Positions 41,652 through 51,409 of a DNA stretch of 64,000 nt are shown piece after piece (position 1 is the first letter of the stretch; every line of letters begins with the position of its first letter). The stretch comes from Desulfatiglandales bacterium (GTDB lineage Bacteria > Desulfobacterota > DSM-4660 > Desulfatiglandales > Desulfatiglandaceae). Under the pieces are notes generated by a model. That model worked only from the letters and a program-made list of their open reading frames with translations, made no database searches and was not told the origin of the DNA. Where the stretch lies: the NCBI GenBank assembly GCA_963666345.1, contig OY762721.1, positions 4,098,109-4,162,108 on the forward strand, written 5' to 3'. Made by a program: the position numbers and the translations under genes.

Positions 41652-42263
41652 TTATCGCACGGATTTTCCAAGGGCCTTTATAAAGGTTACCGCGCCGTCC
41701 CTGAGGCCCGACTCAAATCTTTCGACCCGGGATATCAGATAGCTGTGTGCTACTATTGTAGGAAGTGCTACAGCCAATCCAAGGGCTGTGGTAAGCATGG
41801 CCTCCCAGATTCCTCCCGCAAGCACTGAGGCATTAACCTTGCCTCCCATCTCCTGTATCACCATGAAGGCCTTTATCATGCCGATTACCGTTCCTAAAAG
41901 ACCAAGAAGGGGCGCTATGTTTCCTATGGTGGCAAGTCCCTGCAGATATTTTGACAAACCTCTTATTTCTTCATCGGTTGAGTGATAAATTACCGTTTCC
42001 AGGGTTTCTCTATCCTGGTTCTTGACCTCCATCGCATTTGAAAGCATCCGTCCCATGGGCGAGTTGCTTCGGTTGGCAAGCTCATAGGCCTGATGATCTT
42101 CGCCCCTTTTTATGTGATTGGATATATCCTCGGCAAGCTTGTTTTCCCCTAAAGGTAATCTGGCGAAGCGTAACAACCTTTCAAGAAAAATTGCCAGGGC
42201 GATGACGGAACAAAAAAGGATGGGCCCTACAAGAAATCCACCTTTTGAAAGGAACTGAATCAT
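41652..42263 (-). CDS. exbB: MotA/TolQ/ExbB proton channel
   Basis: APLLGLLGTVIGMI, LAGGIWEAMLTTA.GL.VA. Confidence 0.92.
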   Translation of the reverse strand: MIQFLSKGGFLVGPILFCSVIALAIFLERLLRFARLPLGENKLAEDISNHIKRGEDHQAYELANRSNSPMGRMLSNAMEVKNQDRETLETVIYHSTDEEIRGLSKYLQGLATIGNIAPLLGLLGTVIGMIKAFMVIQEMGGKVNASVLAGGIWEAMLTTALGLAVALPTIVAHSYLISRVERFESGLRDGAVTFIKALGKSVR

Positions 42264-42541
42264 TTAAAAATGCCTCCCTTTATTGGCTTCAATAATTAAA
42301 AAACCGTTCATCTGTTCTAAAGTAAATATGAATACCTAATGCTTCAATATTTAATGAGCGGTTATATGAGCAGGTATGAAAAAAAGCCGCAGCATTAATG
42401 AGATCAGCAAAGTTCATATGATTCGAGAAAGGGAAAATGAGACCAATGCGGAACCTAAAGCCGGTTCTCTGAGTATGTGAGAAATCAACAGCCATATGAT
42501 AAAGCACGGCCCGGTTTCTCCTTTTGGCTGAGCTTCTATGA

Positions 42542-44260
42542 TTACCGATTGTGATTCCATGTGTCTTCGATATCGGGCGTTCCGTCAAAATCGATATCCC
42601 TCAGACGCCTGACAAGCCTTTCAGCGTCATCGTATTGCTCCCATATGTCAGGAATCGAGTCGTTGTTTGTGTCCTCTTGAAGCGATTGGAGGCACCCCTT
42701 GTTATAGAAAAACCAGGTATCTGTGCTTCCGTCCCCTTTGGTGTCTTTTTCAGCACGTTCAGCGATTCCTGCGCCGTCATAGAACCAGGTAATATCGTAA
42801 TGTCCCTTGTTACATGAATCCTCCTCGCGTTTGAAAAGAAGGCCCTTGTCGTTGAAAGATTCTCTTATTTCAACCCTTCCGTCATTGTCTTCATCAGTCT
42901 CACTTTGCTTGAGTATCCCTTCTCTGTAAAAGAACCTTCTTTCAGGAATGCCGTTTGCATCTTTGTCGATTTCTGAAACGGCGGACCATGGAGCTTTGTC
43001 ATAGAAATGGGTCACTTCAAAAAAACCGTCATGGTCATAATCCTCCAAGGTTTTTGTCCTTTTATTATCCTTGTAGAAAATCCTTATATCAATCTTTCCA
43101 TCCCCTGATTCATCTTTTTCAATAATATTAATGTTGTTATTTATATAATGTTGCCATATATCTGTATTTCCATCAAAAGTTGAATCTATTTCAACCAACT
43201 TTTTTACACCCTTTTCATCAAAATATATCTTTGTATCATATCTGTTATCATTATTGTCATCAATTGTCTGAATGCTGAGGGTGCCATCCCTAAAAATAGA
43301 TACTGTTTCTCTGGTTCCATCGCCGTTTGAATCATGCTCGACTCTCACCTGAATCCCATCCTTGTAATACCTGATCCTGTCGATATTTTCTTTACCCGTG
43401 ATTTTTTCCTCTATCCTTTTTAATTGACCATCCTTATCAAAAAAAGATGATCTGTCCATCCTGCCGTCATAATCGATGTCCTCAGTCCTGTAAGATCCCT
43501 TTTTATTGAAGCGAATTATTCTGTCAAAAATGCCATCTCCGTTCATATCCTGTTTTATCGATTTGACCTTCCCATTTGCATAGGTCCTTGTTTCTTCAAA
43601 AGTACCGTTTTTATCAATATCGTGCAGGCCTCTTTTAGGAAGGCCGTTAATGTCGAGATAGACTATTCGATCTATTTTACCGTCTGCATCTGAATCCTCC
43701 CTTATCTCAACAGGCCCGTCTGCGTTAAAATACTTCCAGATATCGGCCTTTCCGTCGGCATTGGTGTCCATGGTGGATGATGAAAGCCTTCCATCCTCAT
43801 AATAGTGGATGGTGTCAAAAAGACCGTCACCTTTACTGTCCTTCTTTATCTCAATAATCAGCTCTTTTTCATCGAATGCAACTATTTGGTCAAACATGCC
43901 GTCATGGGTTGTGTCCTCTTCGGTCCTTATCCTTTTTGCTTCCCTTAAATATATCCTGATGTCTATCTTTCCGTCCTGATTGGTGTCCCTTTCTATCTTG
44001 TGAAGCTGCCCCTTGATATAATGCTGGAAGGAATCCATTCGGCCGTCAGCGTCAGTATCTATCTCGAGCAGTAACAGGTCTCCGGTTTTGGAAAAAAAGG
44101 CCCTCTGATCAATCCTTGCGTCACCATCAGTATCTTTTTCAACCGCGACTGCTTCGGCTTTCGCTGATGACGGTATGCCTGTATCTGCAATGAGCAGGGC
44201 ACAGTAAAGCAGGAGATGAAGAGTGAATCTGAAAGATAATTTCTTAAATAGTATTGTCAT
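42542..44260 (-). CDS. Secreted protein made of about 22 tandem DxDxDGxxD repeats (period about 22-23 aa)
   Basis: Signal peptide ending AKA; repeats such as DTDADGRMD, DTNQDGKID, DMNGDGIFD, DIDFDGTPD, each followed by aromatic-containing beta-like segments. Confidence 0.8.
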   Translation of the reverse strand: MTILFKKLSFRFTLHLLLYCALLIADTGIPSSAKAEAVAVEKDTDGDARIDQRAFFSKTGDLLLLEIDTDADGRMDSFQHYIKGQLHKIERDTNQDGKIDIRIYLREAKRIRTEEDTTHDGMFDQIVAFDEKELIIEIKKDSKGDGLFDTIHYYEDGRLSSSTMDTNADGKADIWKYFNADGPVEIREDSDADGKIDRIVYLDINGLPKRGLHDIDKNGTFEETRTYANGKVKSIKQDMNGDGIFDRIIRFNKKGSYRTEDIDYDGRMDRSSFFDKDGQLKRIEEKITGKENIDRIRYYKDGIQVRVEHDSNGDGTRETVSIFRDGTLSIQTIDDNNDNRYDTKIYFDEKGVKKLVEIDSTFDGNTDIWQHYINNNINIIEKDESGDGKIDIRIFYKDNKRTKTLEDYDHDGFFEVTHFYDKAPWSAVSEIDKDANGIPERRFFYREGILKQSETDEDNDGRVEIRESFNDKGLLFKREEDSCNKGHYDITWFYDGAGIAERAEKDTKGDGSTDTWFFYNKGCLQSLQEDTNNDSIPDIWEQYDDAERLVRRLRDIDFDGTPDIEDTWNHNR

Positions 44261-44544
44261 GTTGTAAAAGATGATCCTTACCGGTATAAAAACGCCACAA
44301 ACGGATGTCGGTATTTCCTAATCACTTGGGCGGCAGCTTAAGAAATCTCAAGGCATTCTTAAAATAACAGCCTTTTCGATTAATGGATTTTACTGAGTTA
44401 TAGCCACTGCTTCTTAATAAGGCGCCGACTGGATGATGTCAATAGATTGAAGAAAAGAGCACCTTTGATCCTTTGCCTATGAACCGTGGTATAAAAAAAC
44501 TGACAGATGGAAAACAGCAGCATGTTGTTATCTAAATCGAAGGA

Positions 44545-45166
44545 ATAATCCACTGGCATGCCAGTGGTATGAACAATGTCTATGCCATTGATTAGTGCCG
44601 AGAAATAAAAAACTCCTACAATGAGAGAGCCAGCTACTCAAAGAAGGAGATTTTAATGGAACACCTTAATAGACTATCACATTCAGTCTGGGACTGTAAA
44701 TATCACATTGTGTGGATCCCCAAATACAGACGTAAAGAGTTATACGGAACCAAGAGACGAATAGTTGTTGATACGATCAAACAGTGGGCCCGCATCAAGG
44801 GTATTGAGATCATAGAAGGACATGCGATGCCTGATCATATTCACCTATGCGTGTCGATGCCTCCCAAGTACGCAGTCGCCCACAGCATAGGGCTTCTGAT
44901 AGGTAAAAGCGCATCAGAGGTGATGAGCTTTGGAACAAAAAGTAGCCGAATGGTGCGTGGGAGGACATTTTGGGCACGGGGCTACTGCGTTAGCACAGTT
45001 GGTCTTGATGAAGAAAAGGTCCGGGAATACATCAGAAACCAAGAGAAAATGGATATGCTCCAAGAGGAGCTTGCCCTATAACCAAAAATTAAACTGCAAA
45101 GTAGCTCTAGTATGAGACCCCCCTTCGGGGGGCCTCACGAAACCACCAGTTCACTGGTGGTATTCA
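44545..45166 (+). mobile_element. IS200-type insertion sequence (tnpA only), second family; ends approximate
   Basis: Left hairpin CCACTGGC-AT-GCCAGTGG (44550-44567); right hairpins at 45113-45137 (TTCG loop) and ACCACCAGT-TC-ACTGGTGGT (45142-45161). Confidence 0.85.
44656..45081 (+). CDS. tnpA: IS200/IS605 Y1 transposase
   Basis: CKYHIVWIPKYR, DHIH, FWARGY, EYIRNQ. Confidence 0.93.
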   Translation: MEHLNRLSHSVWDCKYHIVWIPKYRRKELYGTKRRIVVDTIKQWARIKGIEIIEGHAMPDHIHLCVSMPPKYAVAHSIGLLIGKSASEVMSFGTKSSRMVRGRTFWARGYCVSTVGLDEEKVREYIRNQEKMDMLQEELAL

Positions 45167-45199
45167 TTGGGCACTTTTGTTAATTGCTATTTTTCTTGT

Positions 45200-45228
45200 T
45201 TGACCGGGAAGGACAGTTTCCCTATACT
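45200..45228 (+). promoter_or_regulatory. sigma70-like promoter of the acnX operon
   Basis: TTGACC-17 bp-TATACT. Confidence 0.6.
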
Positions 45229-45301
45229 GCCTTTCCTGTATGGTAATTACCGTTAGCCTTATCTTTAAGAAATCAAACAGTATCAATTAAGGAAAGCATT
45301 T

Positions 45302-46558
45302 ATGCTTATTACGGATGAAGAAAAACGAATGGTGTCGGGGGAATACGGCCCGGGTGTTTCAAGGGCTATGGATCTTCTTATAAGACTGGGAGAGTCTTTT
45401 GATGCGGAAAGGCTCATACCTATAACATATGGCCATATAAGTTATGATTTTTGTCCTGAGGCATTCTGGGACAGTATGACTGAGGGGGTTGCTCCCACGG
45501 CCCACCGCGTGACCACGCACCCTTCCTATCAACCGGAGAGGTGGAAGGAATGGGGGCTTCCTCTGGCTCAGAACTGGATAGGCGAGCATAGAAGAAAACT
45601 TGAGATATTTAAGAGGCTTGGGTGGCTCAGAACGGAAACATGCGCAGAGTATCTTCTCGGAATAATGCCGAGTAAAGGGGATGTGGTTTCCATGGGGGGG
45701 AGCTGCATGCAGGTGGCAAATAACAGCCTGTTCGGGGCACGCGTAGACCGGATGGGTATCCTGGTATCTCTTGCAGCAGCCATTTGCGGGCGTACTCCAT
45801 ATATGGGGCTGCTCATTCCTGAGAATCGCAAGGCCGCACATCTCATTGAGTTGAAGGATGTAAGTACCGAGAAATGGACGAGCGCCCATTTTCACTGCCT
45901 CGGTTATCATGTGGGGGACAGGATCTCAGGGTTCAAACCTGTGGCGGTTAAAGGATTTCCTGAACGACTCGGTTTTGATTCGGCCCGTGCACTGGTGATA
46001 TCAATGCCCACTTCAGGGGCCATAACCCTTGCCCATATAGTGGGAACCACACCTGAAGCCCGGACACTTGATGAAGCATTCGGGGGGGGGGAACCGGAAG
46101 ATGTTTTGACAGTGGGGCCGGGGGAACTGAAGGCTACCTGGGAGAAGCTCAATTTCTGGGATAAACCTCTGGTAGAGCATGTGGCGTTCGGGTGTCCCCA
46201 TGCCACCATCGATGAGATAGGCCTCATTGCATCTCATTTAGAGGGAAAGAGAATTAAGACCACTATGTTGATCGGGGCTTCCATCCCTGTTGAGGCCCTG
46301 GCCAGACGTCAGGGATATGCAGATGTGATAGAAAAGGCAGGGGGACGATTTCTCCCTGTATGCCCTTCAATTGGAAATCCTTTTGCCAGAAAAGACATCG
46401 CAGGTCGTATGCAGGCAAAAAGCGCTGCCACCAATTCGGCTCGAGCCGCCCATTACCTGGCAACGGTCTGCGGAATAAAGGTCTTTTTCGGTACAATGGA
46501 GGAATGTATCAATGCGGCAATATCTGGGAAATGGGAAGGAGAAATGCCTGTATGGTGA
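45302..46558 (+). CDS. Aconitase X large (catalytic) subunit, DUF521
   Basis: ML.TDEE..M..GEYG...AM, TC..Y, NS.FGAR, AAICGRTP..GL, HIVG.TPEA, GCPH, TNSA. Confidence 0.85.
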   Translation: MLITDEEKRMVSGEYGPGVSRAMDLLIRLGESFDAERLIPITYGHISYDFCPEAFWDSMTEGVAPTAHRVTTHPSYQPERWKEWGLPLAQNWIGEHRRKLEIFKRLGWLRTETCAEYLLGIMPSKGDVVSMGGSCMQVANNSLFGARVDRMGILVSLAAAICGRTPYMGLLIPENRKAAHLIELKDVSTEKWTSAHFHCLGYHVGDRISGFKPVAVKGFPERLGFDSARALVISMPTSGAITLAHIVGTTPEARTLDEAFGGGEPEDVLTVGPGELKATWEKLNFWDKPLVEHVAFGCPHATIDEIGLIASHLEGKRIKTTMLIGASIPVEALARRQGYADVIEKAGGRFLPVCPSIGNPFARKDIAGRMQAKSAATNSARAAHYLATVCGIKVFFGTMEECINAAISGKWEGEMPVW

Positions 46559-46950
46559 TCGGAGCGCATAGGATAAGCCCTGGAAAGGCGGAGGGAGAGG
46601 CAGTGGTATATGAGGGCCCCTTTTCATTTATGGGGGATCTGGATCCGTCAACCGGTAAGGTCCCTGTTCCTCGTCATGAACTGGAGGGAGTGAGTCTGAA
46701 GGGGAAGATATTTGTCTTTACCACCGGCAAGGGATCAAGCGGAGGCGATTGTGCGGCATGGATCGCAAAGGAGAACGGCAATCTTCCCGCCGCGCTTATA
46801 TGTATGGAAAGTGAACCGGTACTTTCAGGGGCTGCGATAACCTCCGGGATACCTTCAGTGGACAGGCCTGAAAAAGATCTATTTTCGTTGATAAAGACCG
46901 GTGATTGGGTGATGGTAGATGCAGATTTAGGGAAAATAGAAATCCGATGA
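46552..46950 (+). CDS. Aconitase X small (swivel) subunit, DUF126
   Basis: G.AEGEA.V...FSF.G.LDP.TG, HEL.G.SL.GKI.VF..GKGSS; overlaps the large-subunit stop. Confidence 0.88.
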   Translation: MVIGAHRISPGKAEGEAVVYEGPFSFMGDLDPSTGKVPVPRHELEGVSLKGKIFVFTTGKGSSGGDCAAWIAKENGNLPAALICMESEPVLSGAAITSGIPSVDRPEKDLFSLIKTGDWVMVDADLGKIEIR

Positions 46951-47009
46951 ATTGTTTGATCTGCGAACTGTAACAAGATCTTTTTGCTTACTGATCAGGA
47001 GGGTTAGGT

Positions 47010-47909
47010 ATGAGGGTCAGCAGCGCTGGGAAAATTAGGGACCATCTGTGGCTTCTCGGGACAGAGGAGTCGTGCGTGTATCTGCTTGAGGGCAAAGAGG
47101 AATCAATGCTCATAAGCGGGGGGATGAGCTATCTTGTCCCCGGCATTCTCCGACAGTTTGAAGAGTTCGGAATAGATGAAAAGAAAATAAAAAAGGGCCT
47201 TATACTTCATGCCCACTTCGACCATGTCGGAATATTCCCGTTTTTCAAGAGACGAAATCCTGAAATGGAAATCATAGGCTCTTCAAGGGCCTGGGAAATA
47301 CTCGGAATGGAAAAGGCAGTAAGAACGATAAACACGTTCAGCAGAAAACTGACCGAACGGATGAATTCCTTGGATGTCTATTCTCGTTATGATCTTGACT
47401 GGGATACCGGCACCAAGGGGAAAGCCGTAAAAGAAGCCGATACCCTGGACCTGGGTGATATGGAGGTGCGCATAATGGAGACGCCGGGTCATTCTTCCTG
47501 TTCCATATCCGCCCATGTCCCCTCCATGAAGGCGCTTTTCCCCTCGGATGGAGGTGGAATCCCCTTTAAAAAGACCATAATTCCATCCGGCAATTCGAAC
47601 TATACCAGTTACCAGAAAAATCTTGAGAGGCTCAAAGTTCTAAGCGTTGATTACATCTGCGCGGATCACTACGGTTATATCACCGGTGATGAGGCGGTAA
47701 AATACATGGACAGGAGCATTGAACTTGCGGAAAAACGCCGCTCTCAAATAGAAGACAAATACAAACGCCTCAAGGATATAGAGGGTGTTGTTGAGGCGCT
47801 AGTGAGCGAATTTTACAGGGAAAACCCCGATTACATGCTTCCTGTTGATATCGCCTATGGGGTCAATAGACAGATAGTGCGCCATATTGCAGCAGCCATG
47901 GATCTATGA
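47010..47909 (+). CDS. MBL-fold metallo-hydrolase
   Basis: HAHFDHVG, TPGHS, SD, DHYG. Confidence 0.85.
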   Translation: MRVSSAGKIRDHLWLLGTEESCVYLLEGKEESMLISGGMSYLVPGILRQFEEFGIDEKKIKKGLILHAHFDHVGIFPFFKRRNPEMEIIGSSRAWEILGMEKAVRTINTFSRKLTERMNSLDVYSRYDLDWDTGTKGKAVKEADTLDLGDMEVRIMETPGHSSCSISAHVPSMKALFPSDGGGIPFKKTIIPSGNSNYTSYQKNLERLKVLSVDYICADHYGYITGDEAVKYMDRSIELAEKRRSQIEDKYKRLKDIEGVVEALVSEFYRENPDYMLPVDIAYGVNRQIVRHIAAAMDL

Positions 47910-47925
47910 ACCCCTGCATGGCATT

Positions 47926-48507
47926 TCAGGGGAGCGTCTCCGATAGAAAGGCGATTCTGGCGATTTCCTCATGAAGATCAGCCATGTCATAAGCGGACAC
48001 GACATCTTTTCCCAAGGCTGCCATGCCATGCTTTTCCATGAGAATTACCCTGCATTCCGGATTAGATTCAATGGCCTCGGCCATGTTTTGCTGAAGCTCG
48101 TGGGTGCCTGATGGAGCAAATCCCACAAAGGGAACTTTTGCCTGCTTAAAAGCGGCATCCGTAACCATTGGAATATTCTTCCCCTTAACCGCGTATGCGG
48201 TCGCATAAGGTGAATGAATGTGCAGGACGGAGTTGATATCAGGCCTCAAACGAAGTATATCCGCATGAAACCGGTATTCCTTTGATGCCACAAACGGACC
48301 TACAGGGTCCCACTGGTAGGTGTTGATATCCACTGTTATGAGATTTTCAAGGGTAGTATCCGCCAGTGATACACCTGACGGTGTTATCGCCATTCGTCCT
48401 TTACTTATGCGTGCGCTGAAATTTCCGCCCGTACCGCCCACAAGTCCTCTATGATAGGCCCTTTGCGCGTAGAATACGAGTTGTTCTCTTATGCTGTCAT
48501 CTTTCAT
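47926..48507 (-). CDS. Class II aldolase/adducin family protein
   Basis: GGNFSAR, TPSG, SKEY.FH, HIHS, KHG. Confidence 0.9.
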   Translation of the reverse strand: MKDDSIREQLVFYAQRAYHRGLVGGTGGNFSARISKGRMAITPSGVSLADTTLENLITVDINTYQWDPVGPFVASKEYRFHADILRLRPDINSVLHIHSPYATAYAVKGKNIPMVTDAAFKQAKVPFVGFAPSGTHELQQNMAEAIESNPECRVILMEKHGMAALGKDVVSAYDMADLHEEIARIAFLSETLP

Positions 48508-50078
48508 GTCTTATCTCCTTTTCTTATCCACACCTGTGGAAGATCAAGCATGGCAAGCCTTTTAAAATATTTTTCAACATCAGGATAGATGTCCTTATAA
48601 ACCTCAAACAGGTTACTGTATGCCTTGTGGGCCATGGGCTCAGGCGTGAACACCCTCTTGATGGAAACTATCTTTTCAAGCACAGAGGGGTAGTCGGTAA
48701 AGACTCCGATTCCTACCCCGGCGAGAACCGCTGCACCCAGGACCTCGGTCTGTGAACTGCCGGTTGTTGAAACCGGTTTTCCCAGTACATCGGAAATTAT
48801 CTGATTCCATATCGAATTTCGTGCCGCAGCCCCCCCGATGCGGAGTTCATTTATGTTCATTCCCCCGTCGGTTTCAAGAATTTCAATTACATGCCTTATT
48901 GCAAAGGCAGCACCCTCCAAGGCCGAGCGCAGGAAATCGTTCCTTTTGTGGCCCAGGGTTATGCCGAAAAAAACCCCTCTTGCATAGGGATTCCAGATCG
49001 GGGTCCTTTCTCCCGAGATGTATGGGAGAAACAAAAGCCCTTTACTGCCCGGGGGAGACAGGGACGCCTCCTGAGTGAGGAGATCATATGAGTCAGCTCC
49101 AGTGTGTTCTGCCACGGCTTTTTCCATTTGACCGAAGGTATCCCTGATCCATCTCAGGGTCGAACCGACACCGTTTACGGCCCCTATCGAAAGCCAACGG
49201 CCCTGCTCAACGTGAGTGCAGTTCATGAATCTCTTGTCGAATATGGGCCTATCAAGCGGCGATGAAACCCTGGCAGCAGTACCCATTATGATAAAGCATT
49301 CACCGGGCCTCAATACACCCGAGCCGATAGATGCACCAACAGTGTCCATGCATCCGGCAATCACTGGTGTGCCCTGCTTGAGCCCGGTTATTTCAGCCGC
49401 CTTCTTGGTTACATTTCCCGCCACTTGATCGCAGGGCAGGGGAGTGGGAAGTTTGTCTTTATCTATTTCGAGGGCGTCCAGAAAGGGAGAATGCCATTTG
49501 TGTTTTCTTATATCAAAGAGCAGCGTGGTACAGGCCCTTGAGTAGTCAATGGTGAATTCGCCTGTGAGTCTGGATACAAGATATCCGCCCGGGACCATGA
49601 GCTTATAGGTTGATTTGAAAAGCTCTGGATCGCTTTGTTTGAGCCAGAGTATGGTGGGAAGAGAGTAGGCTCCCGGGGCGACAGGGTTACCGGTTATCAA
49701 AAAAACCGTATCAGGGTCAAGTCTTTGTCTTATCTTTTCAACTTCAGGCAAGGCCCTCTGATCCCAGAGCATAATTGCGGACCTGAGAGGTTTCGCTTCT
49801 CTGTCGACAGGTATTAATCCGTTCGTGCAGCCTATCCCAATTGCAAGGATCTCCTCTGTCCGGATGCCTTCAGTTGCGTGCCTTATCGCCATGCCGGCGG
49901 ATTGCCACCACGATTCAGCGTCATGTTCAGCCTGACCAGGCAGGTTGCTGATCATCTTATATTCACAGTAGCCCTGGCCGTGAAGCCTTCCTTCAAGGTC
50001 AATAACCCCAGCTTTTACCCCTGTTCCCCCGATGTCGATTCCCAGAAGATATGTGCCTTCAGTCATTTTAACCACCAT
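48504..50078 (-). CDS. FGGY-family carbohydrate kinase (xylulokinase-like)
   Basis: GIDIGGT, W.DQR, FLPYISGERTP, ALEG, GGAARN. Confidence 0.9.
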   Translation of the reverse strand: MVVKMTEGTYLLGIDIGGTGVKAGVIDLEGRLHGQGYCEYKMISNLPGQAEHDAESWWQSAGMAIRHATEGIRTEEILAIGIGCTNGLIPVDREAKPLRSAIMLWDQRALPEVEKIRQRLDPDTVFLITGNPVAPGAYSLPTILWLKQSDPELFKSTYKLMVPGGYLVSRLTGEFTIDYSRACTTLLFDIRKHKWHSPFLDALEIDKDKLPTPLPCDQVAGNVTKKAAEITGLKQGTPVIAGCMDTVGASIGSGVLRPGECFIIMGTAARVSSPLDRPIFDKRFMNCTHVEQGRWLSIGAVNGVGSTLRWIRDTFGQMEKAVAEHTGADSYDLLTQEASLSPPGSKGLLFLPYISGERTPIWNPYARGVFFGITLGHKRNDFLRSALEGAAFAIRHVIEILETDGGMNINELRIGGAAARNSIWNQIISDVLGKPVSTTGSSQTEVLGAAVLAGVGIGVFTDYPSVLEKIVSIKRVFTPEPMAHKAYSNLFEVYKDIYPDVEKYFKRLAMLDLPQVWIRKGDKT

Positions 50079-50231
50079 GATCAGCTGATTTTTTCAAGAT
50101 CATAAATAAATTCCACGGATATGCTCGCATACCAATGCCTGGATATCGAGAACTTTCCGGATTGGATGCTCCTTTTTCCATCCCGGAAAGGTCTTATCCA
50201 AAGGCCTGATTATCCTCTTAATTCAGAAACA

Positions 50232-50435
50232 TCAGATACCGGGCAACTTCTTTTGAGGAAATGAATAGGTGGGATCCGCAGAGATGCCATTCGGCCTTGC
50301 CGTACCGGTTGATATAACCTTTTCGACCTCTTTGCTGCCGCATTTGGTGCATGGAGGCACAGGGTCGGATGTGTTTATGTGAAGGTGTTCAAAGACATTG
50401 TCGCATTTTTTGCATTTATATTCGTATATGGGCAT
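50232..50435 (-). CDS. FmdB-family zinc ribbon protein
   Basis: MPIYEYKCKKC...FE...CTKCGS; SD GGAGG-like before ATG 50435. Confidence 0.85.
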   Translation of the reverse strand: MPIYEYKCKKCDNVFEHLHINTSDPVPPCTKCGSKEVEKVISTGTARPNGISADPTYSFPQKKLPGI

Positions 50436-50734
50436 TTCAGACCTCCTTGAAATCATATTAAGATCCCCACAGACTCGGGATACTATAATATTATTTGTTT
50501 TTTCTCCGCAGTCAATAGGAAGCATTCATTATGGTCCGGGTGAGAATGCAATCTGCCCGGCAAAGGCAATATTTCCTGCGGCCCATTTCTTCGAAACTGG
50601 TTAGCGGTGTCGTGGCGTTAATTTTCATCCGGCATCTTGCCGGTTGCCTGTCCCTTAATTTATGGTTGAGCTCCGAGTAACGGGTTGTCGGATGTAAATC
50701 AGATGTTGATTTCTGGATAAAGGGTGTTTAACGG

Positions 50735-51409
50735 TCATCCGCCGTTTAAGATGACCAGGGCATCGACTGCAAGCGGTTTGTCCCCTGCCAGGATGATAGG
50801 GTTGATGTCGATCTCCTTTATTCTTTCGTCTTCCATTCCGATATCGCCGATCGTAACAAGTATCCGGGAAAGCCCTTCAAGGTCAGCTGCGGGCATTCCT
50901 CTTATTTCTTCAAGTATCTTGTGCGCCCTGATTTCCTTCATCATCTCCAGCGCGTCACTTTTTTCAAGGGGAGCGATTCTGAAGGAGATGTCTTTGAGAA
51001 TTTCCGTGAATATACCCCCAAGCCCGAACATGACACATGGGCCGAACTGGGCATCTCTGGTAAGGCCCGCCACAAGCTCTCTTTGACCTTTTACCATCTC
51101 CTGGACAAGGATGGTCGTGCTGTTTTTTCCTATCCCGTCTGAAAGTTGTCGCCAGGAAGAAAGCGCCTCTTCTTCGTTCCTGATGTCGAGATGAATGAGG
51201 CCCTTTTCAGTCTTGTGACTCAAATCAGGCGAACAGGCCTTCAATACAATTGGGTAGCCGATTTCAGCTGCAGCCTGAGACAATTCCCCCTGATATCTGA
51301 TTTCCACTGAGCGGCTAACCGGAATACCTTTGCTTTTAAGGAAGAGCCTGGCTTCATGCTCTGAAAGCATGCTTCTTCCTTCATTAAGGGCCTTTTCAAT
51401 AACGTCCAT
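50735..51409 (-). CDS. ADP-forming acyl-CoA synthetase beta subunit (ATP-grasp)
   Basis: LSEHEA, GYPIVLK, HKTE.G, D.QFGP.VMFGLGGIF.E, EIDINP. Confidence 0.9.
   Translation of the reverse strand: MDVIEKALNEGRSMLSEHEARLFLKSKGIPVSRSVEIRYQGELSQAAAEIGYPIVLKACSPDLSHKTEKGLIHLDIRNEEEALSSWRQLSDGIGKNSTTILVQEMVKGQRELVAGLTRDAQFGPCVMFGLGGIFTEILKDISFRIAPLEKSDALEMMKEIRAHKILEEIRGMPAADLEGLSRILVTIGDIGMEDERIKEIDINPIILAGDKPLAVDALVILNGG

Noticed and set aside
42289..42588. 99-aa ORF between the repeat protein and exbB
   Set aside because: Overlaps the upstream gene, has no SD and no recognisable motif; not evidently a receptor fragment.
42542..44260. RHS/YD toxin or CRISPR-like repeat
   Set aside because: The repeats exist only at protein level; there is no RHS core terminator motif, toxin tip or immunity gene, and no identical DNA repeats with spacers.
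45081..45300. tnpB or omega-RNA associated with the IS200 elements
   Set aside because: There is no room for, or trace of, a RuvC ORF next to any of the three tnpA genes.
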